In this document: positions 1-8,889 of the stretch, in pieces | Position numbering within the stretch: the first letter of the stretch is position 1 | Layout of the letters: each line of letters begins with the position of its first letter | From: an uncultured Sphingomonadales bacterium | Lineage (GTDB): Bacteria > Pseudomonadota > Alphaproteobacteria > Sphingomonadales > Sphingomonadaceae | DNA: 64,000 nt | Reading direction: 5' to 3' | Assembly: GCA_903858875.1 (NCBI GenBank) | Contig: CAIOKP010000266.1 | Location: forward strand, 16,442 to 80,441 | Program-made: the position numbers and the translations under genes | The notes under the pieces: model-generated | What the model saw: only the letters and a program-made list of their open reading frames with translations | Databases searched by the model: none | Told to the model about the DNA's origin: nothing

Positions 1-1
1 G

Positions 2-1621
2 GTCTTGTTCGGTTGTGGTTTGGTCGACCTGCTGGCCTTGGCCCAGAGCCGCGGGCATTGGAACGATACGCCATTCCATGTGGTGACATCGGTGGTTATG
101 CTGGGCATCGGTGGCGCCAGTTTGCAGGCGTATCGTTATTGGCAGCGCCTGTTGCGTGCCCGCGCGGCCGACGGCGAGACGATCACCCGGCTGGATAAAG
201 CCAGGGCCACCGCCGAGGCGGCCAACCTTGCCAAGAGCCGTTATCTGTCGACAGTCAGCCACGAAATCCGCTCGCCGCTCAACGCCATTTATGGCTATGC
301 GCAACTGGTTGGGCGTAACGAGGGCGCTGGCGCGATCGAGGCCGCCGCGGTCATTCGCCGCTGTGCCGAACACATCACCAGCCTGGTTGAGGCATTGCTC
401 GACATTGCGCAGGTGGAAAATGGTGTGCTGCGCATCAAGGTCGAGCCGGTGCGGCTCGATCAGTTTCTCGATCAGATCATCCGCATGGTCCGTCCCAGTG
501 CTACCGCGAAACGGCTCGATTTCATCTATGAGGCCAAGGGGCGGTTGCCGGCCATGGTGCGGATGGATCAGAACCGGTTGCGTCAGATATTGCTCAACCT
601 GTTGTCGAACGCGGTCAAGTATACCGATACAGGGTCGGTCACGTTGACGGTACGTTATGCCGCCCAGATCGCCATTTTCGAGGTGCGCGACACCGGGCCT
701 GGTATTCGTGTCGAAGATCAGGCGGCGATTTTCGAACCCTTTGAGCGTGGCGGTGACGATGCCCAGCGGGCGCGGCCGGGCGCAGGCCTTGGGCTCTCGA
801 TCGCGCGGGCTGTCGTCGATATTCTGGGCGGGCAGCTCGAACTCGCCGACTCATCGCCAGCAGGCACGTGTTTTCGTGTCACGATGATGTTGGGCGAAGT
901 GACCTCGCAATATCGTCAGCCCGTGACCCGGCGACAGGTGTCAGGCTATCTCGGGCCAATACGCAGGGTTTTGCTGGTCGATGATGACGCAGAACAGCGG
1001 CGTTTTTTGTCGTCCTTGTTGGGTTCGCTGGGATTTGAGGTCGATGCGGTCGCCGATGGCGAGACCGCTGTGGCGTTGGTCGATATTGGTGGCGATGTCG
1101 ATGATGCAACGTTGCGTCCTTTTGATCTGGCCATCCTCGACATCACCATGCCGGGTATTTCCGGGTGGGAAACGGCGGCGCGGCTGCGCGAACGGATGGG
1201 CGAGGCTATCAGCATTCTGATGCTGTCGGCCAATGCGCAGGAATTCCACCGCCCCGACACGCAAGAGCCCACACATGATCACTTTCTGGTCAAGCCGGTG
1301 GAATTCAACCAGTTGATCGAAACGGTCGGCGGCCTGCTCGACCTTGCCTGGACGGTGGAGCCCGATGTGCCAAAGTCGACGGCTGCGCTGTCGGCGGTGG
1401 ATGTGCCGGCCGAACCTGTCCCACCGACGCTCGATGCCGATAGGCAGGCCCATACCGCCCGCATTCGCGAATTGCTGCGCATTGGCTATATCCGTGGTAT
1501 CGAGCAGGAAATCCGCCATCTGGCCGAACATCCCGCGACCGCCCCGCTTGCCGATAAATTGTTTGCCTGTTTGGATCGGTTCGATCTGCCGGGCATGTCC
1601 CGTATTGTTGAGGAGTGCTAG
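2..1621 (+). CDS. Hybrid sensor histidine kinase/response regulator, 5'-truncated by window edge
   Basis: H-box SHEIRSPLNAI, N-box NLLSNAVKY, G1 DTGPGI, G2 GAGLGL, receiver LLVDDD...ILDITMP...VKP; frame open to the window start, TM-like stretch at N-terminus. Confidence 0.92.
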   Translation, partial: VLFGCGLVDLLALAQSRGHWNDTPFHVVTSVVMLGIGGASLQAYRYWQRLLRARAADGETITRLDKARATAEAANLAKSRYLSTVSHEIRSPLNAIYGYAQLVGRNEGAGAIEAAAVIRRCAEHITSLVEALLDIAQVENGVLRIKVEPVRLDQFLDQIIRMVRPSATAKRLDFIYEAKGRLPAMVRMDQNRLRQILLNLLSNAVKYTDTGSVTLTVRYAAQIAIFEVRDTGPGIRVEDQAAIFEPFERGGDDAQRARPGAGLGLSIARAVVDILGGQLELADSSPAGTCFRVTMMLGEVTSQYRQPVTRRQVSGYLGPIRRVLLVDDDAEQRRFLSSLLGSLGFEVDAVADGETAVALVDIGGDVDDATLRPFDLAILDITMPGISGWETAARLRERMGEAISILMLSANAQEFHRPDTQEPTHDHFLVKPVEFNQLIETVGGLLDLAWTVEPDVPKSTAALSAVDVPAEPVPPTLDADRQAHTARIRELLRIGYIRGIEQEIRHLAEHPATAPLADKLFACLDRFDLPGMSRIVEEC

Positions 1622-1626
1622 GGGCC

Positions 1627-2544
1627 ATGTCGTTGCCCGCCCACACGCAGACCGTTCTGGTCGTCGATGACGAACCTGATTCGCTGCGTATGTTAACCGC
1701 CGCCCTTGAAGGGGCAGAATTGAGCGTGCTGGTGGCCACATCTGGCGAGGCCGCTCTCGACTTGCTCGACCATATCCTGCCCGACATGATCCTGATGGAT
1801 GCGGTCATGCCGGGCATCGATGGGTTTGAAACCACTGCCCGGATCAAAAAGCGCCCCGAATTGGCCAATGTGCCGGTGATCTTCATGACCGGCCTGACCG
1901 AGAGCGAACATGTCGTCGAGGCGTTCGAGGTGGGCGGCGTCGATTACATTCGCAAGCCCGTCAACCTGATGGAACTGATCGCCCGCGTCCGCGTCCATAT
2001 CTCGCAAAGCCGGGCGATGCATGCCAGCGTCGCCAGCCTGGACGCCACCGGCCGGTTGATGATGGCCACCGATGCGCAGGGGCGCATGTTGTGGTGTACG
2101 CCGCGCGCCGAACAGGCGATTTTGCGTATCGCGCCCGATTGGAGCCGCGACGGCAATCCGTTGCCGGTCGAGGTGTCGACGCTGGTCGAACGCCTGTTGT
2201 CGCGCGGGGGCAGGCCGGGGACGGCGGCCAAAGTCGAGCAGGGCGAGTGCGTTCTCGAACTGGTGATCATCGCGCATTATCGGGAAAATGAGGTGCTGAT
2301 CCGGCTGAACGAGATCAGCCATGAGCAAAATGTCGCCAAATTGCGCGATCAACTCGAATTGACCCAGCGCGAGGCCGAAGTGCTGCTGTGGGTGGGCTAT
2401 GGCAAGGCGAGCAATGACATCAGCGACGTGCTGAGCATTTCGCCGCGCACCGTGCAAAAGCATCTCGAGCGTATTTATGTGAAATTGGGCGTTGAAAAAC
2501 GCTCTGCTGCGGCGGCGATCGCTATTCGTGCCATCGAGCAATAA
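1627..2544 (+). CDS. Response regulator, REC plus C-terminal LuxR HTH
   Basis: VLVVDD...LMDAVMP...RKP receiver; LTQREAEVLLWVGYGKASNDISDVLSISPRTVQKHL HTH; starts 5 nt after the kinase stop. Confidence 0.93.
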   Translation: MSLPAHTQTVLVVDDEPDSLRMLTAALEGAELSVLVATSGEAALDLLDHILPDMILMDAVMPGIDGFETTARIKKRPELANVPVIFMTGLTESEHVVEAFEVGGVDYIRKPVNLMELIARVRVHISQSRAMHASVASLDATGRLMMATDAQGRMLWCTPRAEQAILRIAPDWSRDGNPLPVEVSTLVERLLSRGGRPGTAAKVEQGECVLELVIIAHYRENEVLIRLNEISHEQNVAKLRDQLELTQREAEVLLWVGYGKASNDISDVLSISPRTVQKHLERIYVKLGVEKRSAAAAIAIRAIEQ

Positions 2545-2583
2545 GCCCGCAATAAGCCCGCCATAGCGTGCGGTTAGCGTGGT

Positions 2584-2619
2584 CGCCAGCGCCAGTGCCC
2601 GCGAGCACCGGCGCTGGCG
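2584..2619. terminator. GC-rich hairpin between convergent genes (no U-tract)
   Basis: CGCCAGCGCCAGTGC-6 nt loop-GCACCGGCGCTGGCG; fully paired with one G-U on the minus strand. Confidence 0.5.
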
Positions 2620-2625
2620 TAGCGC

Positions 2626-3144
2626 TTACTTGGCGGGGGCCTTGGCGGCGGTCGCCTCGATCTCGATCAGAAATTGCGGGGCGGCCAGCGCGGCCACCTG
2701 AAAGGCCGAACGCGCCACGGTGTTCGGATTTTCGGCGGTGCCAAAGAATTGCTTGAAGCCCGCATTGGCGCCGGCGAAATCCATCTTGCCCAGCTTTGGA
2801 TCGGGCGCGATGAACAGCGTCATCTTCACCACATCCGACATCGCATAGCCCTGCGAGGCGAGCTGTGCCTTGATCTTGTTCAGCACGCTGATCGTCTGGG
2901 TCTTGGTGTCGCCGAAATCGTCAGGCGTCATGGCCGGGCCCATTGGCTTTGCCGGGTCGAGCGGCGCCGCGAGCTGGCCGGACAAGAAATACAGGTCAGT
3001 CCCGGCGGCGATGCGCACGCCATCGAGAATCACTGCGTTGGGATTGGTCTTGATCCGCGTCACCTGCGCCGAGGCTGGCGCCGCCGCCAGCGTGGTCGAG
3101 AGCAGGGCGGCAAGACCGGCCGTGATCAGATGTTTGGCGGACAT
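2626..3144 (-). CDS. RidA/YjgF family protein with signal peptide
   Basis: FLSGQL, QTISVLNKIKAQL, DVVK, ARSAFQVAAL...IEIEA; N-terminal hydrophobic stretch ending PASA. Confidence 0.9.
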   Translation of the reverse strand: MSAKHLITAGLAALLSTTLAAAPASAQVTRIKTNPNAVILDGVRIAAGTDLYFLSGQLAAPLDPAKPMGPAMTPDDFGDTKTQTISVLNKIKAQLASQGYAMSDVVKMTLFIAPDPKLGKMDFAGANAGFKQFFGTAENPNTVARSAFQVAALAAPQFLIEIEATAAKAPAK

Positions 3145-3369
3145 TTAGGTTTCCTTATCCTGCGGTGAGGGAAGCGTGAAAGCAGGCCTCCGAAATGCTG
3201 ATCCCGACTGTAATCGGCGGCCGGCCAAATCCTGTACGCAAATCGGCGTATGGGCAAGCGGGCTGGCTTCCGGTGCTAATCTCGGTCGCAGGACGAGTGC
3301 GGCCCCGCGATGTTACCCCGCGATGTTGCCAAGCCCAAAGCGCCCGATTTTCCAGAATGGAAATACCAG

Positions 3370-3891
3370 ATGACATTGAAAACGCTCTCGACGATCATGG
3401 TGAGTGCAGCCTTGGCGCTGCCTGTGACGCCGGCCATGGCCAAGGGGCACGCGAAAACGCCCGTGGCCAAGCCCGCTATTGAGCGTACCGCGTCCGGCCC
3501 GACGGCGATTATCGCCAGCACGGCAATGCTGCCCGCAGGGTCCAGGATGCTCTACCTGTCGGGATCCACCGCATCGCCGATCGACCCGTCCAAGCCCGAG
3601 GAATTTGGCGATACCGCGACTCAGACCAAATCCATCCTGACCAAGATGAAGGCGCAATTGGAAGGCATGGGGTGGAGCCTGTCGGACATCGTCAAGGTCA
3701 ATGTTTTTCTGGTCGGGGTGGCGGACAAGGGCGGGCACATGGATGCGCCGGGCATGAACGAAGTGTTCAAGACGTTCTTTGGCACCACCGAACAGCCGAA
3801 CAAGCCAACGCGTTCGACCGTGCAAGTGGCGGCGCTGGGCCGTCCGACCACGCTGGTGGAAATCGAGGCGATTGCCGCGAAGGCGCCGTGA
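3370..3891 (+). CDS. RidA/YjgF family protein with signal peptide (paralogue)
   Basis: YLSGST, DIVKVNVFL, PTRSTVQVAAL...VEIEA; signal peptide ending PAMA; ATG 3370 preferred over 3310. Confidence 0.9.
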   Translation: MTLKTLSTIMVSAALALPVTPAMAKGHAKTPVAKPAIERTASGPTAIIASTAMLPAGSRMLYLSGSTASPIDPSKPEEFGDTATQTKSILTKMKAQLEGMGWSLSDIVKVNVFLVGVADKGGHMDAPGMNEVFKTFFGTTEQPNKPTRSTVQVAALGRPTTLVEIEAIAAKAP

Positions 3892-3954
3892 CAGGTCGAT
3901 AGCAAGGCGGATGCGCAACGCCGACGGATCGCTGTCAGCTTTGCTCATCCAATC

Positions 3955-5046
3955 TTATTGTGAATTTTGCCGCGACAGCATCAGCATTTGGCCAAGGCTT
4001 TCGATCGTCACCAGCCCAACCAGCGCGCCTCGGGCATCGACAACCGCCACCGCTGACACACCGCTCGTCTCGATCAAACGCAAGGCAACGTCGAGCGAGG
4101 CGTTGTCCTCCACCGTGGGCAGGCCGGGCTGCATGACATCTATGACGGGATGGTTGCTGCCATGGCTGTGCAATGCCCGGGCAATCGCGTCGCGGGTCAA
4201 CAGGCCGACCGGCTTACCCATGGCGTCGAGCACCGGGATGTCATGCTGGGTCGAATGCACCAACAGATCGACCGCATCGCCCAGAACAGCCGTCGGCCCC
4301 AATTGCCCCAGCCGCGTGATCATCGCATCGCGCACCCGCGCCCGGTCGGCAAAAGCGTGCAACCGTGTGCCATTCGCCTCGCTGCTCGCCCCGAAATAGA
4401 TAAAGGTTGCGACCAGCATCAACAGCGGATTGCCGTTGAATAGGCCATAGGCCCCGAGCAATAGCGCCAGAAAATGCCCGATCTTTGCCGCAATATCGGT
4501 CGCCAGCAGCCGGCCCAACCGCATCGCCAGCAGCGCACGCAACGCCCGCCCGCCGTCCATCGGAAAGGCTGGCAACAGGTTGAACGCCGCCAATACCAGA
4601 TTGGCGATGGCCAGCTGCGTCGCCAAGGGCAGCTCTGGCCCGGCCCCCTGCGCCGCGGCGGAGATCTGCGCTGCCATCACGTTGGGCCCGATCGCCGCGA
4701 TCAACACGCAAAAGATCACCACATTCACCGCTGGCCCGGCCACGGCCACCAACAATTCCTGCGATGGCTTTTCTGGAACCTGCTTCATGCGGGACACGCC
4801 GCCGATCGGCAACAGCACGACATCCAGTGTTTCGGCCCCAAACCGCCGCGCAGTCAGGATATGGCCAAATTCATGCGCCACCACGCAAGCAAACAGCAAC
4901 AGGATATAGGCCAGCGCCATCATCGCCGCATTGCCGCCATCCTGATGCCATTGCGACAGGCCGACCCATGCCAAAAGGAGCAGGAAGGTGAAATGGATCC
5001 GCACCCGGATTCCGCTGATGCTGCCCAGCGTCAATGACCAGCCCAT
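3955..5046 (-). CDS. Site-2 protease (peptidase M50) with tandem CBS domains
   Basis: HEFGH zinc motif, NLLPAFPMDGG, several TM helices, C-terminal CBS pair (IPVLD...VGLLT; VAVVD...VGLVT). Confidence 0.93.
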   Translation of the reverse strand: MGWSLTLGSISGIRVRIHFTFLLLLAWVGLSQWHQDGGNAAMMALAYILLLFACVVAHEFGHILTARRFGAETLDVVLLPIGGVSRMKQVPEKPSQELLVAVAGPAVNVVIFCVLIAAIGPNVMAAQISAAAQGAGPELPLATQLAIANLVLAAFNLLPAFPMDGGRALRALLAMRLGRLLATDIAAKIGHFLALLLGAYGLFNGNPLLMLVATFIYFGASSEANGTRLHAFADRARVRDAMITRLGQLGPTAVLGDAVDLLVHSTQHDIPVLDAMGKPVGLLTRDAIARALHSHGSNHPVIDVMQPGLPTVEDNASLDVALRLIETSGVSAVAVVDARGALVGLVTIESLGQMLMLSRQNSQ

Positions 5047-5058
5047 GGTTGTGACCTC

Positions 5059-6093
5059 CTATTGCCCGGCGTCGGTGGACGCCCGGTCCTTGTCGACCTT
5101 ATCGTACTCGCTCTGGATGTCCTTGGGAACGTCGTGAAAGCTGTCCCACGGCAAAGTCTTGTTCAGCGTTTGCGCCCAGCGTTCCATCCAGTCGACGCCG
5201 TCGGCATCGGCAAAGCGGTCGGGCGTCCGATAGGCCGGATCGCGCATGGCGGTATCGAGGCTGACCGGCCGCAGCTTTGCCTTGCGCAGCAGGGCCGCCA
5301 GATCGTCGATGCAATCGGCATTCAGCCGTGTCGTGTGCAATAACATGACATAGGCAATGTCCCGCCCGAACAGCACATCCGACGCATCATGGTACCACCC
5401 GATCATTTCCCGCGTATAGGCCAGATAGCTGGCGCGGATGCGCGCCGCACGGGCGGCATCGTGGTGCAGCACCGCATCGTCATAGGGTTCGGCAAATTGC
5501 CAGTCGGTGGCATTCATCGTCACCGGCGCCATGCGATAGCCATGCGTGGCCAGCCAATCGAGGATCTCCTGCTTGGCGGCCATCGGGTGCCCGGTTTCGA
5601 GATTGGGCGCACGAAACCAGCGATCGCGCCGCCCGCGCGCGGCCAGCAGCTTTTTGGTCACCAGTTCGCCATTGGCGATATCGTCAATATAGGCCTTTAC
5701 GCCGATGTCATTGGGGCTTTCGTGGCTGAACGTGTGGTTGCCCAGATCCATGCCCGCGTGGAGCCACGCCTTTAATATCGCGATCTGGCGCGGGCGGATC
5801 ATGTCGTCGAGTTTGTATTCGTTGACAAAGCCGGTGGCGGGCAGGTGATGGCGCCTTAGCCCGGCCAGCAGGCGCCGGTTGATATCCTCGACATAGGCCT
5901 CGTCCTTGCTGAGCGCGATGGCGGGCAGATCGTCGAAGGTCAGCGCCACCTGTCCGTTCGCCGTTGCCCCGTTGCCCGAGGGTGCGCCGCGCGACACTAT
6001 GCCGCGCGCCTGTGCGCCACCGGCCAGCGCCGTCGCGATGAGGCCAATGCACAGGGCAAATCGGGCAAGGCGCGAGCGCGAGCGCTGGGACAT
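5059..6093 (-). CDS. Polysaccharide deacetylase (NodB/CE4), exported
   Basis: ALTFDDLP, GNHTFSH, WFRAP, MLLH motifs; signal peptide after MSQRSRSR; ATG 6093 chosen. Confidence 0.88.
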   Translation of the reverse strand: MSQRSRSRLARFALCIGLIATALAGGAQARGIVSRGAPSGNGATANGQVALTFDDLPAIALSKDEAYVEDINRRLLAGLRRHHLPATGFVNEYKLDDMIRPRQIAILKAWLHAGMDLGNHTFSHESPNDIGVKAYIDDIANGELVTKKLLAARGRRDRWFRAPNLETGHPMAAKQEILDWLATHGYRMAPVTMNATDWQFAEPYDDAVLHHDAARAARIRASYLAYTREMIGWYHDASDVLFGRDIAYVMLLHTTRLNADCIDDLAALLRKAKLRPVSLDTAMRDPAYRTPDRFADADGVDWMERWAQTLNKTLPWDSFHDVPKDIQSEYDKVDKDRASTDAGQ

Positions 6094-6386
6094 GGTCCAA
6101 AGAATTCCTAGTATAAATACATCGTTTGATCGGTCCTTACCGAGTTGAATCGCGCTTGGGCAGCCACGAAACGGAATTAACGGTGCAAGGCCGGTTTTTG
6201 TGCGCCACACCGCCGCGGGAAAGGTATCGGCGTAAAGGTTTGGCCCAGCGGCTGTCCCGTTTAGCGACAGCGCCGGTGGTGTGTGCATGTATAAATCCCT
6301 ACAAGGTCCCGCGATGGGACAGGTGGGGCAGGTCGGCCGATTGGGACCGCGTTGACCCTGGGCGGTCTGGGGCTGACATCCCGGAC

Positions 6387-6956
6387 ATGACACAGAAAAA
6401 CTCCATCTCGAATAAAACTCTGGCGATGACCGCCGGTGAGTGGCGCTTGCGTCTGGCCGAATTGTGCCGCGATTGCGCGATGGCAGATGCCGGCGATGAG
6501 GCCCAGCAATTGCGATTGGCGCATTGGTTGTTGGCGCTGGCCCCGGACAATCAGGAAGAGGACTGGAGCGCCTTGGTCAACCATTTGCCACCGCGCGCGA
6601 CATTTGAAGGCCTGTTGCGGCTGGGCGCCTATGACAGCGCGGCGATGAGCCTGGTGCCGGAGATGGGCGGCTATATTCTGTCGCGGTCGGGCGGCGGTGC
6701 GTGCCTTGCTTCGGTGGTATTGCCAGGCATGGACGAGGAAATCACCGCCGAGGCGGAAAGTTCGGCCCTGGCGCTGCTTTCCGCGATGGTCGCCTGCCTG
6801 GTCGAAGTCAGCCGCGAAATGGACCCGCAGGCGATGATGGACAGCAGCGCGGATCGCAAGGCGGCCAAGCAACGCCAGGGCGCAGTGGCCAATTGTGGCG
6901 ACAGGGCCGAGGGGGTGACGCAATGGCAAGTGCCCGCTGGCGTGCGGTTGCACTAG
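6387..6956 (+). CDS. Hypothetical protein
   Basis: About 189 aa ORF with protein-like composition and genome-typical codon use; no recognised motif; start uncertain. Confidence 0.65.
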   Translation: MTQKNSISNKTLAMTAGEWRLRLAELCRDCAMADAGDEAQQLRLAHWLLALAPDNQEEDWSALVNHLPPRATFEGLLRLGAYDSAAMSLVPEMGGYILSRSGGGACLASVVLPGMDEEITAEAESSALALLSAMVACLVEVSREMDPQAMMDSSADRKAAKQRQGAVANCGDRAEGVTQWQVPAGVRLH

Positions 6957-6986
6957 GGCGCGGTAGCCGATGCGAAGGTGGAGCGG

Positions 6987-7027
6987 AAAATTGCCCCAGC
7001 CGGGGGAGGGCCAGGCGGCTGGGGCAA
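6987..7027 (-). terminator. Intrinsic terminator downstream of the che operon/sRNA candidate
   Basis: 12-bp perfect stem TTGCCCCAGCCG/CGGCTGGGGCAA followed by TTTT on the minus strand. Confidence 0.75.
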
Positions 7028-7093
7028 GTCTGAACCCGAAAAAGATGCTGGCCGACGACTTGGGGTTCCGACCAGGCTGACTTTTTTCGTGCT
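6987..7093 (-). ncRNA. Candidate small RNA (two hairpins with C-rich loops), or structured 3' end of the che operon
   Basis: Minus strand: CGAAAAAAG..CUGGUCGG-AACCCCAAGUCG-UCGGCCAG..CUUUUUCG, then terminator hairpin; GCTATAGC -10-like box at 7099-7106. Confidence 0.45.
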
Positions 7094-7193
7094 GTCCAGC
7101 TATAGCGGGGCAAGGTTAGCAGGGCGTCGTCAATGCCCTAGGCATTCCTCCGCGATCGATGCCATGAGGCCGATCGCGGAAAAAAACATCGGG

Positions 7194-7469
7194 TCAGTGC
7201 GACGCGTTGGGCGAGGCAAAGCGGGCCTTCAAAGCCTCCACGCCGATGGTTTTCACCGCCGTCAACGGGCAATCCGCCTGTAACAGCGTCGCCAGCCAGC
7301 GTTGCTTTTGCGCGATCAGGTCGATCGATTGCAGCGTGGCGAGATGGTTCTGGATGATGGCCGGATCCATACACAAGGTGGTGCCAAGGTCCTCGATCTC
7401 GCAAGCGAGTTCGTCGAGGACATCGGCCACCGTGGTCAAATGGGCCGCGATGCGAGCGTCATCGGTCAT
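7194..7469 (-). CDS. Small chemotaxis protein, CheT/CheZ-like with DxxxQ motif
   Basis: Last gene of the che operon, overlaps cheW stop; helical acidic 91 aa; LQSIDLIAQ. Confidence 0.65.
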   Translation of the reverse strand: MTDDARIAAHLTTVADVLDELACEIEDLGTTLCMDPAIIQNHLATLQSIDLIAQKQRWLATLLQADCPLTAVKTIGVEALKARFASPNASH

Positions 7470-7906
7470 GCGGCCTCGCCAAATTCCGCCCCATCGCCCA
7501 GCGCTGCCAGGTGGAGCACCATGACCATGCGGTCATCAATGGCGGCCAATCCTTCGAGGAAGGTGATGATGCTGTCGTTGGCTGTGACCGGGGGCGGTTG
7601 CATCGCTTCGCTCGATACGGTGACGATGTCGCTGACCGAATCGACGATCAAGCCACACGCCTGATTGCCCAATTGGGTGACGATGATCGCGTGGCGCGGG
7701 GTTGGCTCTGTCGATTCCCAGCCGAGGCGGGCGGCCAGATCAATCACCGGCAGCACCGTCCCGCGCAGATTGACGACGCCAGCCACATAATGCGGCACAT
7801 GCGGCAAGCGGGTCGAAGGCGTCCAGGCGCGGATTTCGCGGATCGCCATGATGTCGATGCCAAACACCTGGCCGCCAACTTCGAAAGTTATCAGTTCACG
7901 TTGCAT
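7466..7906 (-). CDS. cheW: Chemotaxis coupling protein CheW
   Basis: FGIDIMAIREI, GVVNLRGTVLPVIDL, GLIVDSVSDI. Confidence 0.96.
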   Translation of the reverse strand: MQRELITFEVGGQVFGIDIMAIREIRAWTPSTRLPHVPHYVAGVVNLRGTVLPVIDLAARLGWESTEPTPRHAIIVTQLGNQACGLIVDSVSDIVTVSSEAMQPPPVTANDSIITFLEGLAAIDDRMVMVLHLAALGDGAEFGEAA

Positions 7907-7932
7907 TGTTGCAAACTCCTTCCGGCTGGGTT

Positions 7933-8304
7933 TCAATGTGCGACGCGGCGAACGGCCGCGACAAGCTTTTCGGGGTCGAACGGTTTGACGATCCAGCCGG
8001 TGGCCCCGGCGGACCGCGCCCGGGTCTTTTTCTCTTCCGAACTTTCGGTGGTCAGCACCAAAATCGGCCGGTCGCGATGGCGATTGCCCGCGCGCAGCTT
8101 TTCAATCAGGCCAAAGCCGTCGAGGCGCGGCATGTTGATATCGGTGATGACAACATCGACCTCGTTCAACGCCAGCCATTCGAGGGCGACTTCGCCATCC
8201 TCGGCCTGGGCCACGTCAAAGCCTTGGCTGGTCAGCGCATGGTTCAACAGCGCGCGCATGCTCGCGCTGTCATCGACAGTCAAAATTCGGGTGGTTTTGC
8301 TCAT
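7933..8304 (-). CDS. cheY: Chemotaxis response regulator CheY
   Basis: Single receiver ILTVDDS...TDINMP...LTTES...GWIVKPF within the che operon. Confidence 0.95.
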   Translation of the reverse strand: MSKTTRILTVDDSASMRALLNHALTSQGFDVAQAEDGEVALEWLALNEVDVVITDINMPRLDGFGLIEKLRAGNRHRDRPILVLTTESSEEKKTRARSAGATGWIVKPFDPEKLVAAVRRVAH

Positions 8305-8321
8305 GGCGGGGCTCGCTTTCA

Positions 8322-8876
8322 TCAGAACAATTCGACATCGCCGCGGCTGAGCGACGGACGGGGCGTGGGACGGGTATCTGCGACAAGGGTGTTTTCGACG
8401 GTCCGGCAACGGACTTGGCCATGCGCCGGGCGGAAATCGATGCGGCGGGCGTTGTTCCCGCCCAGATCCTCGCGCACGACGGTGATCCGTTCGCTGGCAA
8501 GGAAACTATGCGCGAAGGCGGCGTTCTTGGTGCCGATCCGCGCCAAACCGGCGTTGAGATTGGCACCGCCATACAGATGGGCGCGCAACCGCGACTTAGC
8601 CGCGCCGTTCGCCAGCATCTCGTTGATGAGCAATTCCATCAGATAGACGCCGTAATGTTCGTCGAAATCGCCAGTGCTGGCCCCCGGTGGCGGCTCGGCC
8701 AGCAAAAAGTGGTTCATGCCGCCGATCTGGATATCCGGGTCGAACAGGCAGGTCGCGACGCAACTACCCAGCACCGTGGAAAATTCCACCCGCGGACCGG
8801 CTGATACGCGGGCCTGCCCTTGCAGGATGTTGATCCGCGTCATGGCTGTGGCCGAAAAGGGGGCTTCAAAGGACAT
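8322..8876 (-). CDS. cheD: Chemoreceptor glutamine deamidase CheD
   Basis: TVLGSCVA, GGMNHFLL, EDLGG motifs. Confidence 0.95.
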   Translation of the reverse strand: MSFEAPFSATAMTRINILQGQARVSAGPRVEFSTVLGSCVATCLFDPDIQIGGMNHFLLAEPPPGASTGDFDEHYGVYLMELLINEMLANGAAKSRLRAHLYGGANLNAGLARIGTKNAAFAHSFLASERITVVREDLGGNNARRIDFRPAHGQVRCRTVENTLVADTRPTPRPSLSRGDVELF

Positions 8877-8889
8877 GGCCAGTGCGCTC

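Noticed and set aside
6094-6393. Long N-terminal ORF extensions (deacetylase, hypothetical, and likewise cheB, fliP, flgI, flgH, flgB, ompW)
   Set aside because: Not protein-like and overlapping neighbours or promoters; downstream starts fit the families better
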